Shown: in pieces, positions 17,826 through 26,308 of the stretch | How positions within the stretch are numbered: position 1 is the first letter of the stretch | How the letters are laid out: the number at the start of each line of letters is the position of its first letter | Source of the DNA: a virus | Lineage: Duplodnaviria; Caudoviricetes | Reading direction: 5' to 3' (one strand) | Virus record (IMG/VR): IMGVR_UViG_3300025718_000154 | Coordinates: 1 to 40,260 of that record | DNA length: 40,260 nucleotides | Program-made: the position numbers and the translations under genes | The notes under the pieces: generated by a model | Told to the model about the DNA's origin: nothing | The model's input: the letters and a program-made list of their open reading frames with translations, nothing else | Databases searched by the model: none

Positions 17826-18779
17826 CTACAACCTACTGAATCCACCGTTCCATGCTACATAGCCACTTTTTGTATTAGCTCCTTTGCCAGTGGCATAAAC
17901 GACATGCAACTTACCATTCTTCCTGTACAGTGGTGTTGCTGACTCGCTAGGATTCAAAGACCCTAAACTACCACCATTCTCATCGAGAACCGCTTCTATT
18001 GTAGAGCCATTCGTCCATTGGTCTTGGTAGATATACTGGATACAGCTAACTACATTGGCTACGTATCCACTTTTTACGCCTGTCGCTGTGGGATACTCAA
18101 CTAGGCATAACTGCTTTGAACCGCTGACATCTAAGACGGTTATGCTATCCCCCTTGGAAATATATCTTCCTTGGATTTTATTCCCGTTTGCATCCCTGAT
18201 AAAGAGATCGTCGTTTACCACCTTGGCGTTGTTAGGATAGCTGAAATTGAACTCAGGAGAATACGTGGGAGGAGCTATGTGGGTTACTGGTCCACCTTTT
18301 AAGTCATTGAACAATCTATCCCAAGGGAATCCACTTCCCGGGCAATTTGGACGATTCACGCTGTCAATTCTGTAATGACCAATGATGTGATCGGTATCTA
18401 TCGGTATTGCGTATTTAAGAGTAAGCTCTTTATGGAGGAATAGAGTTGATTGATATTGCGCTTCGGTGAATGCATCCCCGGTTTGGCCTTCGTGTTCTAT
18501 ACCTATCGTGTATAAATTAGGATTAGTGCCATCGTAGAGGACCCAGTTAGGCTTATTAGCAGGGTTGGCATGCCACGCTTTATCTCCTTCTTTAACTAGC
18601 TGAATGATCCGCCCTAACTTAGTAATAATATAATGTGCGCTTGCCTGGGATGCAGGATTTTTCAACCAATCAAGGCAACCCGGGAAAGCCCCTGCTGTGA
18701 TATGGTCTACAATGGCAATGATCTTTCTTCCTTCTCTACTACTGAAATTTGGTGATGGATTCCATTCTTCTGTTGGCAT
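17826..18779 (-). CDS. Endolysin, N-acetylmuramoyl-L-alanine amidase (Amidase_2) with C-terminal SH3-like wall-binding repeats
   Basis: 'IVDHITAG', 'ASAHY', 'AWHA', 'IGIEHEG', 'IIGH', 'CPG'; two 'Y.T..G..KSGYVA' repeats. Confidence 0.92.
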   Translation of the reverse strand: MPTEEWNPSPNFSSREGRKIIAIVDHITAGAFPGCLDWLKNPASQASAHYIITKLGRIIQLVKEGDKAWHANPANKPNWVLYDGTNPNLYTIGIEHEGQTGDAFTEAQYQSTLFLHKELTLKYAIPIDTDHIIGHYRIDSVNRPNCPGSGFPWDRLFNDLKGGPVTHIAPPTYSPEFNFSYPNNAKVVNDDLFIRDANGNKIQGRYISKGDSITVLDVSGSKQLCLVEYPTATGVKSGYVANVVSCIQYIYQDQWTNGSTIEAVLDENGGSLGSLNPSESATPLYRKNGKLHVVYATGKGANTKSGYVAWNGGFSRL

Positions 18780-18794
18780 AAACTGTATTCCTCC

Positions 18795-19247
18795 TTATTT
18801 AAAAAAGTGATTAAGTAGAAAAGATATAATAGTAATCACTCCAACAATAATACCTACGTTAGTATATATTTTACTTGAACTTTCCGCGTTTCCTCTATCG
18901 ACTCCTTTCTGAGAGTTTACATACTCTACAATCGGTTTTATAGTTTTTTCCATTTTCTCGACCACCGAAGCTAAGTCGGAGTTAGTGGCATATACACCAC
19001 TGGCTGCTAGATTCTTCTCGCGCATAACGTCCGCTTGTTGATCCTTATATACTTGGCTCTCTCTCGCTAAACTAAGCGCTGCTAAATCCGCTGTTTCCTT
19101 AATCTTCAGGGCCTTTTCTTTTTCGACGTTCACCTCTGCATAACGTCTGTCCCTCTCATCTTGAAACCTCTGTTCTGCTGTACGCATGGCCTCATTGTGC
19201 GCCGCATAGGTCACCATTGAACAATCGTTATCTACAGAATCAGGCAT
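18795..19247 (-). CDS. Phage membrane protein (coiled coil + C-terminal TM), possible holin-like
   Basis: 150 aa, hydrophobic C-terminus 'VGIIVGVITIISFLL'; directly upstream of the endolysin. Confidence 0.6.
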   Translation of the reverse strand: MPDSVDNDCSMVTYAAHNEAMRTAEQRFQDERDRRYAEVNVEKEKALKIKETADLAALSLARESQVYKDQQADVMREKNLAASGVYATNSDLASVVEKMEKTIKPIVEYVNSQKGVDRGNAESSSKIYTNVGIIVGVITIISFLLNHFFK

Positions 19248-19318
19248 GTTACACTACCTCTTTCTGGCTGTCGCCCCTTTCATTGAAATCTACCCTGTGC
19301 TTAAAATAAGTAATAAAG

Positions 19319-19363
19319 GAGGGCAAAGAAAAAAGACTATCTCTAGTCCCTGCTTTGCCCTTC
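19319..19363. terminator. Hairpin at the end of the tail operon
   Basis: AGGGCAAAG...CTTTGCCCT arms with an inner GACTA-tctc-TAGTC stem. Confidence 0.5.
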
Positions 19364-19372
19364 TTTATTTAA

Positions 19373-19540
19373 TTAGACTACTTGCATAGCAATTTGCGCT
19401 TCGGTCATTTGAGGAGTCGTTAAAATCATGTCGCATTCTAACTGGGTAATACGAGCAGGGACTTTACTTTGAATATAAACTTCGTCTACTTTTCTCATAA
19501 TCCAAAGATTGAGAATGAACGCATAAGCTGGACTTTGCAT
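19373..19540 (-). CDS. Small XkdX-like phage protein (55 aa)
   Basis: Not in the ORF track: MQSPAYAFILNLWIMRKVDEVYIQSKVPARITQLECDMILTTPQ..., AGGAGGTG RBS, typical post-tail-fibre position. Confidence 0.7.
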   Translation of the reverse strand: MQSPAYAFILNLWIMRKVDEVYIQSKVPARITQLECDMILTTPQMTEAQIAMQVV

Positions 19541-19570
19541 CAATATTCACCTCCTCTCATTGCTTCAACT

Positions 19571-19810
19571 CTACAAGAGAGTCATCATAAAATCCTCCAG
19601 CGCTGATATTCGTTCTCCGTCGGAGGGAGCAGATACAGGTCTTGTTTGGGCGTTAAGGATGACTTGAAGCTCAACGTCGGTTACTTCTTTTGCGTCGAGT
19701 TCGTCAGCTGTAAAACCTGCACTCATAGCATTAGCAAGCTCCATTTCCACGGTATTACAAGATGAAGATGTTAGCACCCTCTTGGTGGCTATTTCGACGA
19801 CGACGACCAT
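19571..19810 (-). CDS. Small tail-fibre-associated protein (chaperone-like)
   Basis: C-terminal 'ERISALEDFMMTLL'; position after the fibre gene. Confidence 0.6.
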   Translation of the reverse strand: MVVVVEIATKRVLTSSSCNTVEMELANAMSAGFTADELDAKEVTDVELQVILNAQTRPVSAPSDGERISALEDFMMTLL

Positions 19811-19823
19811 TGTATTTTCCTCC

Positions 19824-22382
19824 TTATTGACCCCATGCTTGAAGAGACATTTGAATCGTATCCGTGGGTATATAATAACTAGGGTTACCCTGTAAGTCCC
19901 AGTTTAAGGTGAACCCTGTCGCGTTAAATACAACCCCCGCTTCCGTAACAGCCATCCCTGAGTGCATTAGGATTATTCGCGCCGTATTTACAGCTGTATG
20001 GCTATCTCCAAATCTAAACCAACAGTTGTGCTGAACTCCGTCGAAAGAACCATCAGAATCATAGTAAGAATTGGGACCAGCACCCGCCGTCAACGATGCT
20101 CTTATTCTTATGAAGGAAGGCGTAAACCCCGTTGTAAAAGCTTGAGCTCCCGTCGTATTAGTAGCGTGAGTTCCCGAGCCACTCCAAACCCTACATAATA
20201 TCTGAGAAGCCCCGTGAGTAGGGTTAGTCAAAAATATTTGTCCTGCGGATGAAGTCATCCTTATAGAAGAATCTATCCCATCATTCGTTACGTCATGGAA
20301 GTCGATATATTTACCGATTTCTATAACCCCGTCTGTTTTAACGACGGGTATGTGTGGCCAAGTCCCTCCGTTTGCGCTAGTACCCCCTAGTCTAAATCCA
20401 CCGAGCATGTCTGAATTAAGATTAGTATTTAGAACCCCATTTGATACAGGTATATTTCCCGTAGCGTTCCCTGCCGCATAACTTCCGTGCAAGGCTGAGT
20501 TTAAATTAGGAACAACCGTGGTAGAGGTAACAACCAAAGGGGGCGTACCAATCGCGATATTACTGACTAATTGAGTCGTTGTAATGGTATCCGTGGCGCT
20601 AACTTTACCGCCTACGGTTAACTTTGAAGTTCCATCGGGAAGAGAGTTAATCCCAACGCCGTTACTTCTAAGAGCAAGCATCGGAATATAGGAGTTAATG
20701 GCTTGGGATAATATCGTTGATAACGCGCCGACAGTGCCCTCGATTGCAATGCTGGCGGTGTCCTTAACCGTCAAAATATACGTTCCGATGGAAGTATCAA
20801 GTAACCCAGATAGTGTCGTCGTAAAGGTGAACGTCCCAGCTACCCAGCCCGAGTTTGTAACCGCCCCGCCGTTATATTGATACGTTGGATTGGTTATTGT
20901 CAGCCCCGTTGTTATGCTTGTATTAAGCTTAATAAGCCCCGTAATGATGGCTGTTGTTTGTGTCCTTTGGACGGGGATAACCGGGGGGGTAATCGTCCCA
21001 TAAGTAATCGTTGAAGGATTATAGTAATTCAACATTATCTGGGTGGCGCTGGCAGCTAAATAGTTCCCATAGGTGGCTTTTGATGTAACCCTAACGACGC
21101 AGGTAGAGGATAGTGCAACCGCTGTTAGAAAGAAACTAGCCGTCAAAACCGTTAAGTCTGTACCGCCTGTTACGTTAGTGAAAGCCCCGCCCGCTATACT
21201 AACCGCGACGTCATACTTGATTGCTGCTGCACCCAATTGGTCTGTGGCTGCATTCCAAGTAACCGTTATCGCCTTTCTATTTGGAATATAATAGAGCGTT
21301 CCTCCGACGTTATAAGTTCCCGAGGTAACTAATCCGGGAGTGGTCCAGAGGGGGTTTACCCGCAGATCAACCGCAATCGTTTTTGTAGACGTTCCCGAAC
21401 TTCCGAAGGCGTTTGTTGTGGTAAGGGTAAAATTTAAATTCCCAACATAATTTGAACCGCTAAATAGAGCCTTAAGTTCCGTCATGCTAATGGGGATGGT
21501 CACTGCTCCCGCCGTAACGGTTATGGGGTTAGTAATTGTGATACCTAAACAAGCGAGACTATAAGTGAACGCCGCACTCCCCTGAGTATTTGCTGCTCCG
21601 GTTACCGTAAAGGCTAATGATGTCGCCCCAAAAGCAAGACTCGCAGAACTTCCTAAAGTAGCCGGTGTGAATGTATTCTTGGTAATAAATCCCGAAAAGA
21701 GAAAGCCCGATTGTGCTCCGCTGGTATCAAAACAACTTACGGCGTACCGCACTTGATGGCCCTGAGCTAAAGAGGAAATATTGTCCGTATAAGTCGGGGT
21801 TCCAACGGATATCCCGCTGGCTATTACAGGCCATGACCCGCTTTGATCAGTTTCTTTCTGGACCGTATAAGTAACCGTTGATTCGTTATCATTAGCGCCC
21901 CATCCATTCAGGGTAACGTTTGATAAGTTTTCTGCAACTATCCCTGCTACGGGGTTGAGAGTGATGGAGCCTAACATTTGGGGAGCAGTGTTCCACACTG
22001 ACACGGTAACCGATCCTCCAACCGTTGCATTAGGAGAAGTTGCACCCCCGTTATTACAGTACCATTCTACGCTTGCTGAGTAAGTGCCTCCCCCAGAACC
22101 CGCACCGACTGAGGTGTCGATTATGGCTGTTCTAGTTTCATTGAGTCCCCAAGTGTTTCCTCCTCCGAAACCAACCCAGCCGGAGGTTGTGCCGTTGACT
22201 GTAACCCTGGCCAACATATACGTGCCGTAACCAAAACTACCTTCTGTCATTTTCAAGGTTACTTCAAAATGATGGTTTACAACTGATCCGTTTCTTCCAC
22301 TTTGCCAGTATCCAATACCATGGTTCCAGTCTGGTGCCCCTGAGTTTACTGTCGTTACAGAATAATTATTTAAATCACCCAT
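19824..22382 (-). CDS. Tail fibre / receptor-binding protein
   Basis: 852 aa, Thr/Gly/Ser-rich beta domains; 'NLNSDML' and 'DGVIEIGKYIDFH' fibre-like motifs; position after the tail spike. Confidence 0.75.
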   Translation of the reverse strand: MGDLNNYSVTTVNSGAPDWNHGIGYWQSGRNGSVVNHHFEVTLKMTEGSFGYGTYMLARVTVNGTTSGWVGFGGGNTWGLNETRTAIIDTSVGAGSGGGTYSASVEWYCNNGGATSPNATVGGSVTVSVWNTAPQMLGSITLNPVAGIVAENLSNVTLNGWGANDNESTVTYTVQKETDQSGSWPVIASGISVGTPTYTDNISSLAQGHQVRYAVSCFDTSGAQSGFLFSGFITKNTFTPATLGSSASLAFGATSLAFTVTGAANTQGSAAFTYSLACLGITITNPITVTAGAVTIPISMTELKALFSGSNYVGNLNFTLTTTNAFGSSGTSTKTIAVDLRVNPLWTTPGLVTSGTYNVGGTLYYIPNRKAITVTWNAATDQLGAAAIKYDVAVSIAGGAFTNVTGGTDLTVLTASFFLTAVALSSTCVVRVTSKATYGNYLAASATQIMLNYYNPSTITYGTITPPVIPVQRTQTTAIITGLIKLNTSITTGLTITNPTYQYNGGAVTNSGWVAGTFTFTTTLSGLLDTSIGTYILTVKDTASIAIEGTVGALSTILSQAINSYIPMLALRSNGVGINSLPDGTSKLTVGGKVSATDTITTTQLVSNIAIGTPPLVVTSTTVVPNLNSALHGSYAAGNATGNIPVSNGVLNTNLNSDMLGGFRLGGTSANGGTWPHIPVVKTDGVIEIGKYIDFHDVTNDGIDSSIRMTSSAGQIFLTNPTHGASQILCRVWSGSGTHATNTTGAQAFTTGFTPSFIRIRASLTAGAGPNSYYDSDGSFDGVQHNCWFRFGDSHTAVNTARIILMHSGMAVTEAGVVFNATGFTLNWDLQGNPSYYIPTDTIQMSLQAWGQ

Positions 22383-22397
22383 TAAGTCTCACCTCCT

Positions 22398-25300
22398 CTA
22401 AAACATAAAGTCTACGCCATCCGCCCTTTTTTGAATAAACATATTACCCATGATTATCTTGTCGTTAACCTTCATCTGTCCGTCGATAACGACCGAAACA
22501 TCGTTTGCCGTTCCTTGTTTAGCAAAAATGAAGTCGTCAGCAATAGCGCTGTTTGATTGTAATAACAAGGCGCTTGTTACAGGGTCTTTCTTGACATTGA
22601 AGCCGTTATTATACATCTCAATTAGATTCGCGTTGGCGATATCATTGGGGAATATTACGTTTGAGTTCGCGTCCTTAGATATCTCCAACCTTGCCATAAT
22701 GGTGGCTTTACTAAGGGCGGGGTTGAATACCATCGACGTGCCGATGCTTAAAGGGTGGTTAAAGGTCGATGCCGCTTCATCGATGGCTACTATAATTTGA
22801 GTGTCATTATTGGAGTTTAAATGGATTGAGGCAGAGGTCGTATTCGTGTCGACAATATGGATATTTCCAACGTGCAAAGCGCCTGAAAATGTACCCCCGA
22901 AGTTCCCTGTGAGAGCCGTCATCGTACCGTCTTGCTGTACCCTGAACGGAGCGATTTCTTTGTTAGCCTCGATATCTCCCGCCCATATTCTCACAGGATT
23001 CAACCCTGTCATATCGGTTGTCATACCCGCGTTGGGTAACACTACTTTGCCCCGAACGATCGCGGTATTGATTTCAGCGTTTCCGTTTTGGAGAAGTTGC
23101 CAACCCGCTAATCCAGCGGAGTAGTTGATTGATTGGACGTTACCCGCGAGAGAAACTGACCCATCAGAACCTACTACAAATGTTTGATCGTTATTTGCAT
23201 TGGTAATGATTAAGCCCTTGGCATTCATTTTATCAGCAGTTACTGCTCCTGCTTTAATATTATCTGCAATGATTGACCCCGATAATATCTCCGCTCCCGT
23301 TATCGAGTTCGCCATTACCTCGTTAGCGGTGATAGTTTTTGAGGCTATCTCCCGAGCTGTAATTGCGTCCACGACCATCTTATCTCCCGTAATAGTTCCC
23401 GCCATGATAAGGCTTGCTACGATGGAATTTACGGCCATGTTTACCGTGTCCACAGTTCCGGGGGTTATCTGTACTCCGTTAATAGTTCCTACGGTTATAT
23501 TTGCGGCATTTAGATTGATCACTGTAATACTTGCAGCATCGATTGTTCCAGTAGTTATCTTGCTTGCTGTTAGGTTAACAATCTTACCATCAGTGATACA
23601 ACCGTCAGCTATTTGCACGGTACCGATCGCTGCGCTTTTGATGAGTGCTGTGGTAATGGCGCCTAACTTAATTTGGGCTGTATCTACCGCAAGGAGGGCT
23701 ATTTGGGCACTATCTACTGCCAGTAAACCTATCTTCGCCGTGGTTATACTTGCGTTTGCGATGTCCGCAGTTCCCACCACGAGTTTGTTAATCGAGGCGC
23801 GGTCAATCTTAGCGTTAGTTATTTGGGCATCACCAAGCTTTGCCGTGGTTATTTGTGCATCACCGATTTTAGCGGAGGTGATGTTCGCGTCAAGAATCTT
23901 TGCCGTTGTTATGGCAGCGCTCGCTATTTGGGCCGTTCCTACCGCTAAGTTATCAATCTTACCCGTCGTTACCGCGAGGTCGTTAATGACAGCACTTGTA
24001 ACCGCGAGCAATCCAATTTTCGCCGTGGTTATATTCGCATCAGCTATCTTTGCCGTTATAATGGCCGCATCTTGGATATTAATGCTTCCCAGAAGAGATA
24101 TTTTGTTCGCCGCAATCGTTATGACTTCTGCTGATAAATTAATCGCCGCTAATATTTTAGTGGGGTCCACTTTGGAATCAGCGGTTTGCTTTGCTATATC
24201 CGCGAGGGATTTAGCTTTCAATGCTATAGCATTCAAGAGGTTAGAACGCGCATCGTAGTATGCCGTAAACGCCGACCTAAGCTCCGTTCCCACCATATCG
24301 GTCGTAATGGTCAGGTCGGTAATTAACGGCACGATATAGGCGCTTAAGGCAAAGTATGAATTGTCGTACGGGGTCTTTTCGGTGATACCTATGAAGGTGT
24401 CCGCTTGATGGTCATTGATCGCCACCTCGGAGACTATGGCATCGAACTCTTTCTTGATAGCCTGTTTTTCCTGAGCAGTTAATCTATCATCACTCGATAA
24501 ATCGGCTAGTATGGCGCTGGAGACTGATGCATCAATGACAGCTTGCTGCCATACCGTTTTGTCCGCTACCACGGTATCAGTTAGCACCGCGATTGAGTTT
24601 TCAACATTCGTCATCGAGCTCATTAAGTTCTTTTGGAAACTCCCCAGCTCAATCTTTTCAATTCGCCCGGTTAGATCGTTTCTAATCATAGAAATCACTT
24701 TACACTTCAGGTCAAGCATCAACTTCAGGTGTCTTACCATGACGATATCCCCAAGTGCTACGCTCTCAAGTACAGAGTAATTTTTGTACTCCTCCGTCTT
24801 AGAAAGTTCTAAGAAGTCTACCGCATAGTTGACAAGAGGAACATCACATTTTGTATTAACAAAATAGGCTTGAGCGGCAGCTCTAAGGTCTGCTTCAAAT
24901 TCAACGTCGAAGGAGATTTCTTGTATCTTGGGGTTAACGAATAAGCTGATATTAGGACTGTCTACATATTTTTCAGGGAGCATTAACCCGTCTTTTCCAA
25001 CGGGATGTATTCGGGTTATGAGGTTATCAAGATTTATAGTTTCCTCTATACCAATAATGTTCTTCCCGTAGGAAACCAATACCCCCTGATCAATCCCTCT
25101 AGCAACGAGGAGCTTTATTAAGAAGTTATCCCGTACAAGTTCCCCGCCCCATACCTCTATGATGCCTCCCTTACCCATGATAACTTCAACGGGATTTTTT
25201 CTGACGTAGTACTCAGTTTTTATCCCGCCTACATCGCCTAAACTTGTGAAGGGATGAGCGTATTGAGTATGAGTGAGTATCCAAGCAATGGCACCGGCTC

Positions 25301-25622
25301 CCGATTGGTCAGTGGGACGAACGTTTTCTAGAAAGTTATCTGTGAGGTCGTAAAATATATGACGTGCGTTTGCCTTAATGCGTGATAGAGTTTTGGACTT
25401 ATGATAAATTCTAAATAACTGTCCATCTGCGTTTTTGACGATGTTTCCTTCGACGATATTTTGCCATCTGCCCCTATCATCAAGGGGATGTTCAAACTCA
25501 ACCTCGTATTGGTCATTGAACCTTTCCGTCGTCAGAAAGGACTTGCACTCAGAAAGAACCGCAAGCCCGTTTGTCGTGAAATTGGTTTCTGTCGATGAAT
25601 AAATGCGAATCATTATAGCCAC
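22398..25622 (-). CDS. Tail spike / Tal-type baseplate hub with long ITTAKI-type repeats
   Basis: N-terminal prophage-tail domain ('QLFRIY', 'WGGELVRDNF', 'YGKNI', 'EKYVDSP'); many A-x-I-T-x-A-K-I repeats. Confidence 0.85.
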   Translation of the reverse strand: MAIMIRIYSSTETNFTTNGLAVLSECKSFLTTERFNDQYEVEFEHPLDDRGRWQNIVEGNIVKNADGQLFRIYHKSKTLSRIKANARHIFYDLTDNFLENVRPTDQSGAGAIAWILTHTQYAHPFTSLGDVGGIKTEYYVRKNPVEVIMGKGGIIEVWGGELVRDNFLIKLLVARGIDQGVLVSYGKNIIGIEETINLDNLITRIHPVGKDGLMLPEKYVDSPNISLFVNPKIQEISFDVEFEADLRAAAQAYFVNTKCDVPLVNYAVDFLELSKTEEYKNYSVLESVALGDIVMVRHLKLMLDLKCKVISMIRNDLTGRIEKIELGSFQKNLMSSMTNVENSIAVLTDTVVADKTVWQQAVIDASVSSAILADLSSDDRLTAQEKQAIKKEFDAIVSEVAINDHQADTFIGITEKTPYDNSYFALSAYIVPLITDLTITTDMVGTELRSAFTAYYDARSNLLNAIALKAKSLADIAKQTADSKVDPTKILAAINLSAEVITIAANKISLLGSINIQDAAIITAKIADANITTAKIGLLAVTSAVINDLAVTTGKIDNLAVGTAQIASAAITTAKILDANITSAKIGDAQITTAKLGDAQITNAKIDRASINKLVVGTADIANASITTAKIGLLAVDSAQIALLAVDTAQIKLGAITTALIKSAAIGTVQIADGCITDGKIVNLTASKITTGTIDAASITVINLNAANITVGTINGVQITPGTVDTVNMAVNSIVASLIMAGTITGDKMVVDAITAREIASKTITANEVMANSITGAEILSGSIIADNIKAGAVTADKMNAKGLIITNANNDQTFVVGSDGSVSLAGNVQSINYSAGLAGWQLLQNGNAEINTAIVRGKVVLPNAGMTTDMTGLNPVRIWAGDIEANKEIAPFRVQQDGTMTALTGNFGGTFSGALHVGNIHIVDTNTTSASIHLNSNNDTQIIVAIDEAASTFNHPLSIGTSMVFNPALSKATIMARLEISKDANSNVIFPNDIANANLIEMYNNGFNVKKDPVTSALLLQSNSAIADDFIFAKQGTANDVSVVIDGQMKVNDKIIMGNMFIQKRADGVDFMF

Positions 25623-26308
25623 CTCCAGTTAGGCGTAACCTGAACTGAAGTCACCGTACCCGTCCAACTGATCGTATTATTGCCCGGTACTAATACCGGA
25701 AAATCACCCGCCATTTTATTATTTTGTAGTACCGAGCCATTGTACGCATCACGTAGAACGCTATCAATCGTTATTGAGCCTGATACCGAGATTAAATTTA
25801 CAGCAGTACCATTTACCATCAGAGTGATGTTTCCACTACCCGTAACAAATATGGCGGGTTCACTTGTAACCGTTCCGGGGTTGATTAATACTCCAGCGTT
25901 GGCGAGGGCTATGGGTGTGTTATTCGTCGAATACTTGAAGGGTTTACAGCGGAAGTTAACGAGGAAGCGTCCAAACACTTTCCACTCCTGAGCGATATCG
26001 AATTGATCTGAAACGTGAGCTAGGTAGTATTTATCTGGCTGATTGCTGAGTATTAAAGGTCCTTCACCCCCGTCAAGCCAAGCTTTAATCACATCCGCCT
26101 TGTTAGCAACACCGTCATCCTTGAAGCCGCATTTGAAAGGTATAATAATATCTTTGTACGTTAAGTCATCGACTCTGAGGCTTCCGTTTCTACCTGGCAC
26201 CTCAAAGTAATTAATGTTCCTTGCAGGCTTAGGGATAACAGGGCGTTTCTCGATTAGAATTCCATAGTCTAAAAAGCTGTCCTTAGATATAAAATTAAAG
26301 CCGTACAC
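25613..26308 (-). CDS. Distal tail protein (Dit)
   Basis: 'EVPGRNG', 'FRCKPFKY', 'GDFPVLVPGNNTISW', 'PNWRWL'; follows the tape measure gene. Confidence 0.88.
   Translation of the reverse strand: MYGFNFISKDSFLDYGILIEKRPVIPKPARNINYFEVPGRNGSLRVDDLTYKDIIIPFKCGFKDDGVANKADVIKAWLDGGEGPLILSNQPDKYYLAHVSDQFDIAQEWKVFGRFLVNFRCKPFKYSTNNTPIALANAGVLINPGTVTSEPAIFVTGSGNITLMVNGTAVNLISVSGSITIDSVLRDAYNGSVLQNNKMAGDFPVLVPGNNTISWTGTVTSVQVTPNWRWL

Noticed and set aside
19824-20200. Tail fibre C-terminus as a possible DGR variable region or invertible segment
   Set aside because: No reverse transcriptase, template repeat or inverted alternative fibre ends seen in the window.
23200-24258. 352-aa plus-strand ORF
   Set aside because: Antisense shadow of the repetitive tail spike region; codon bias removes stops on the opposite strand.
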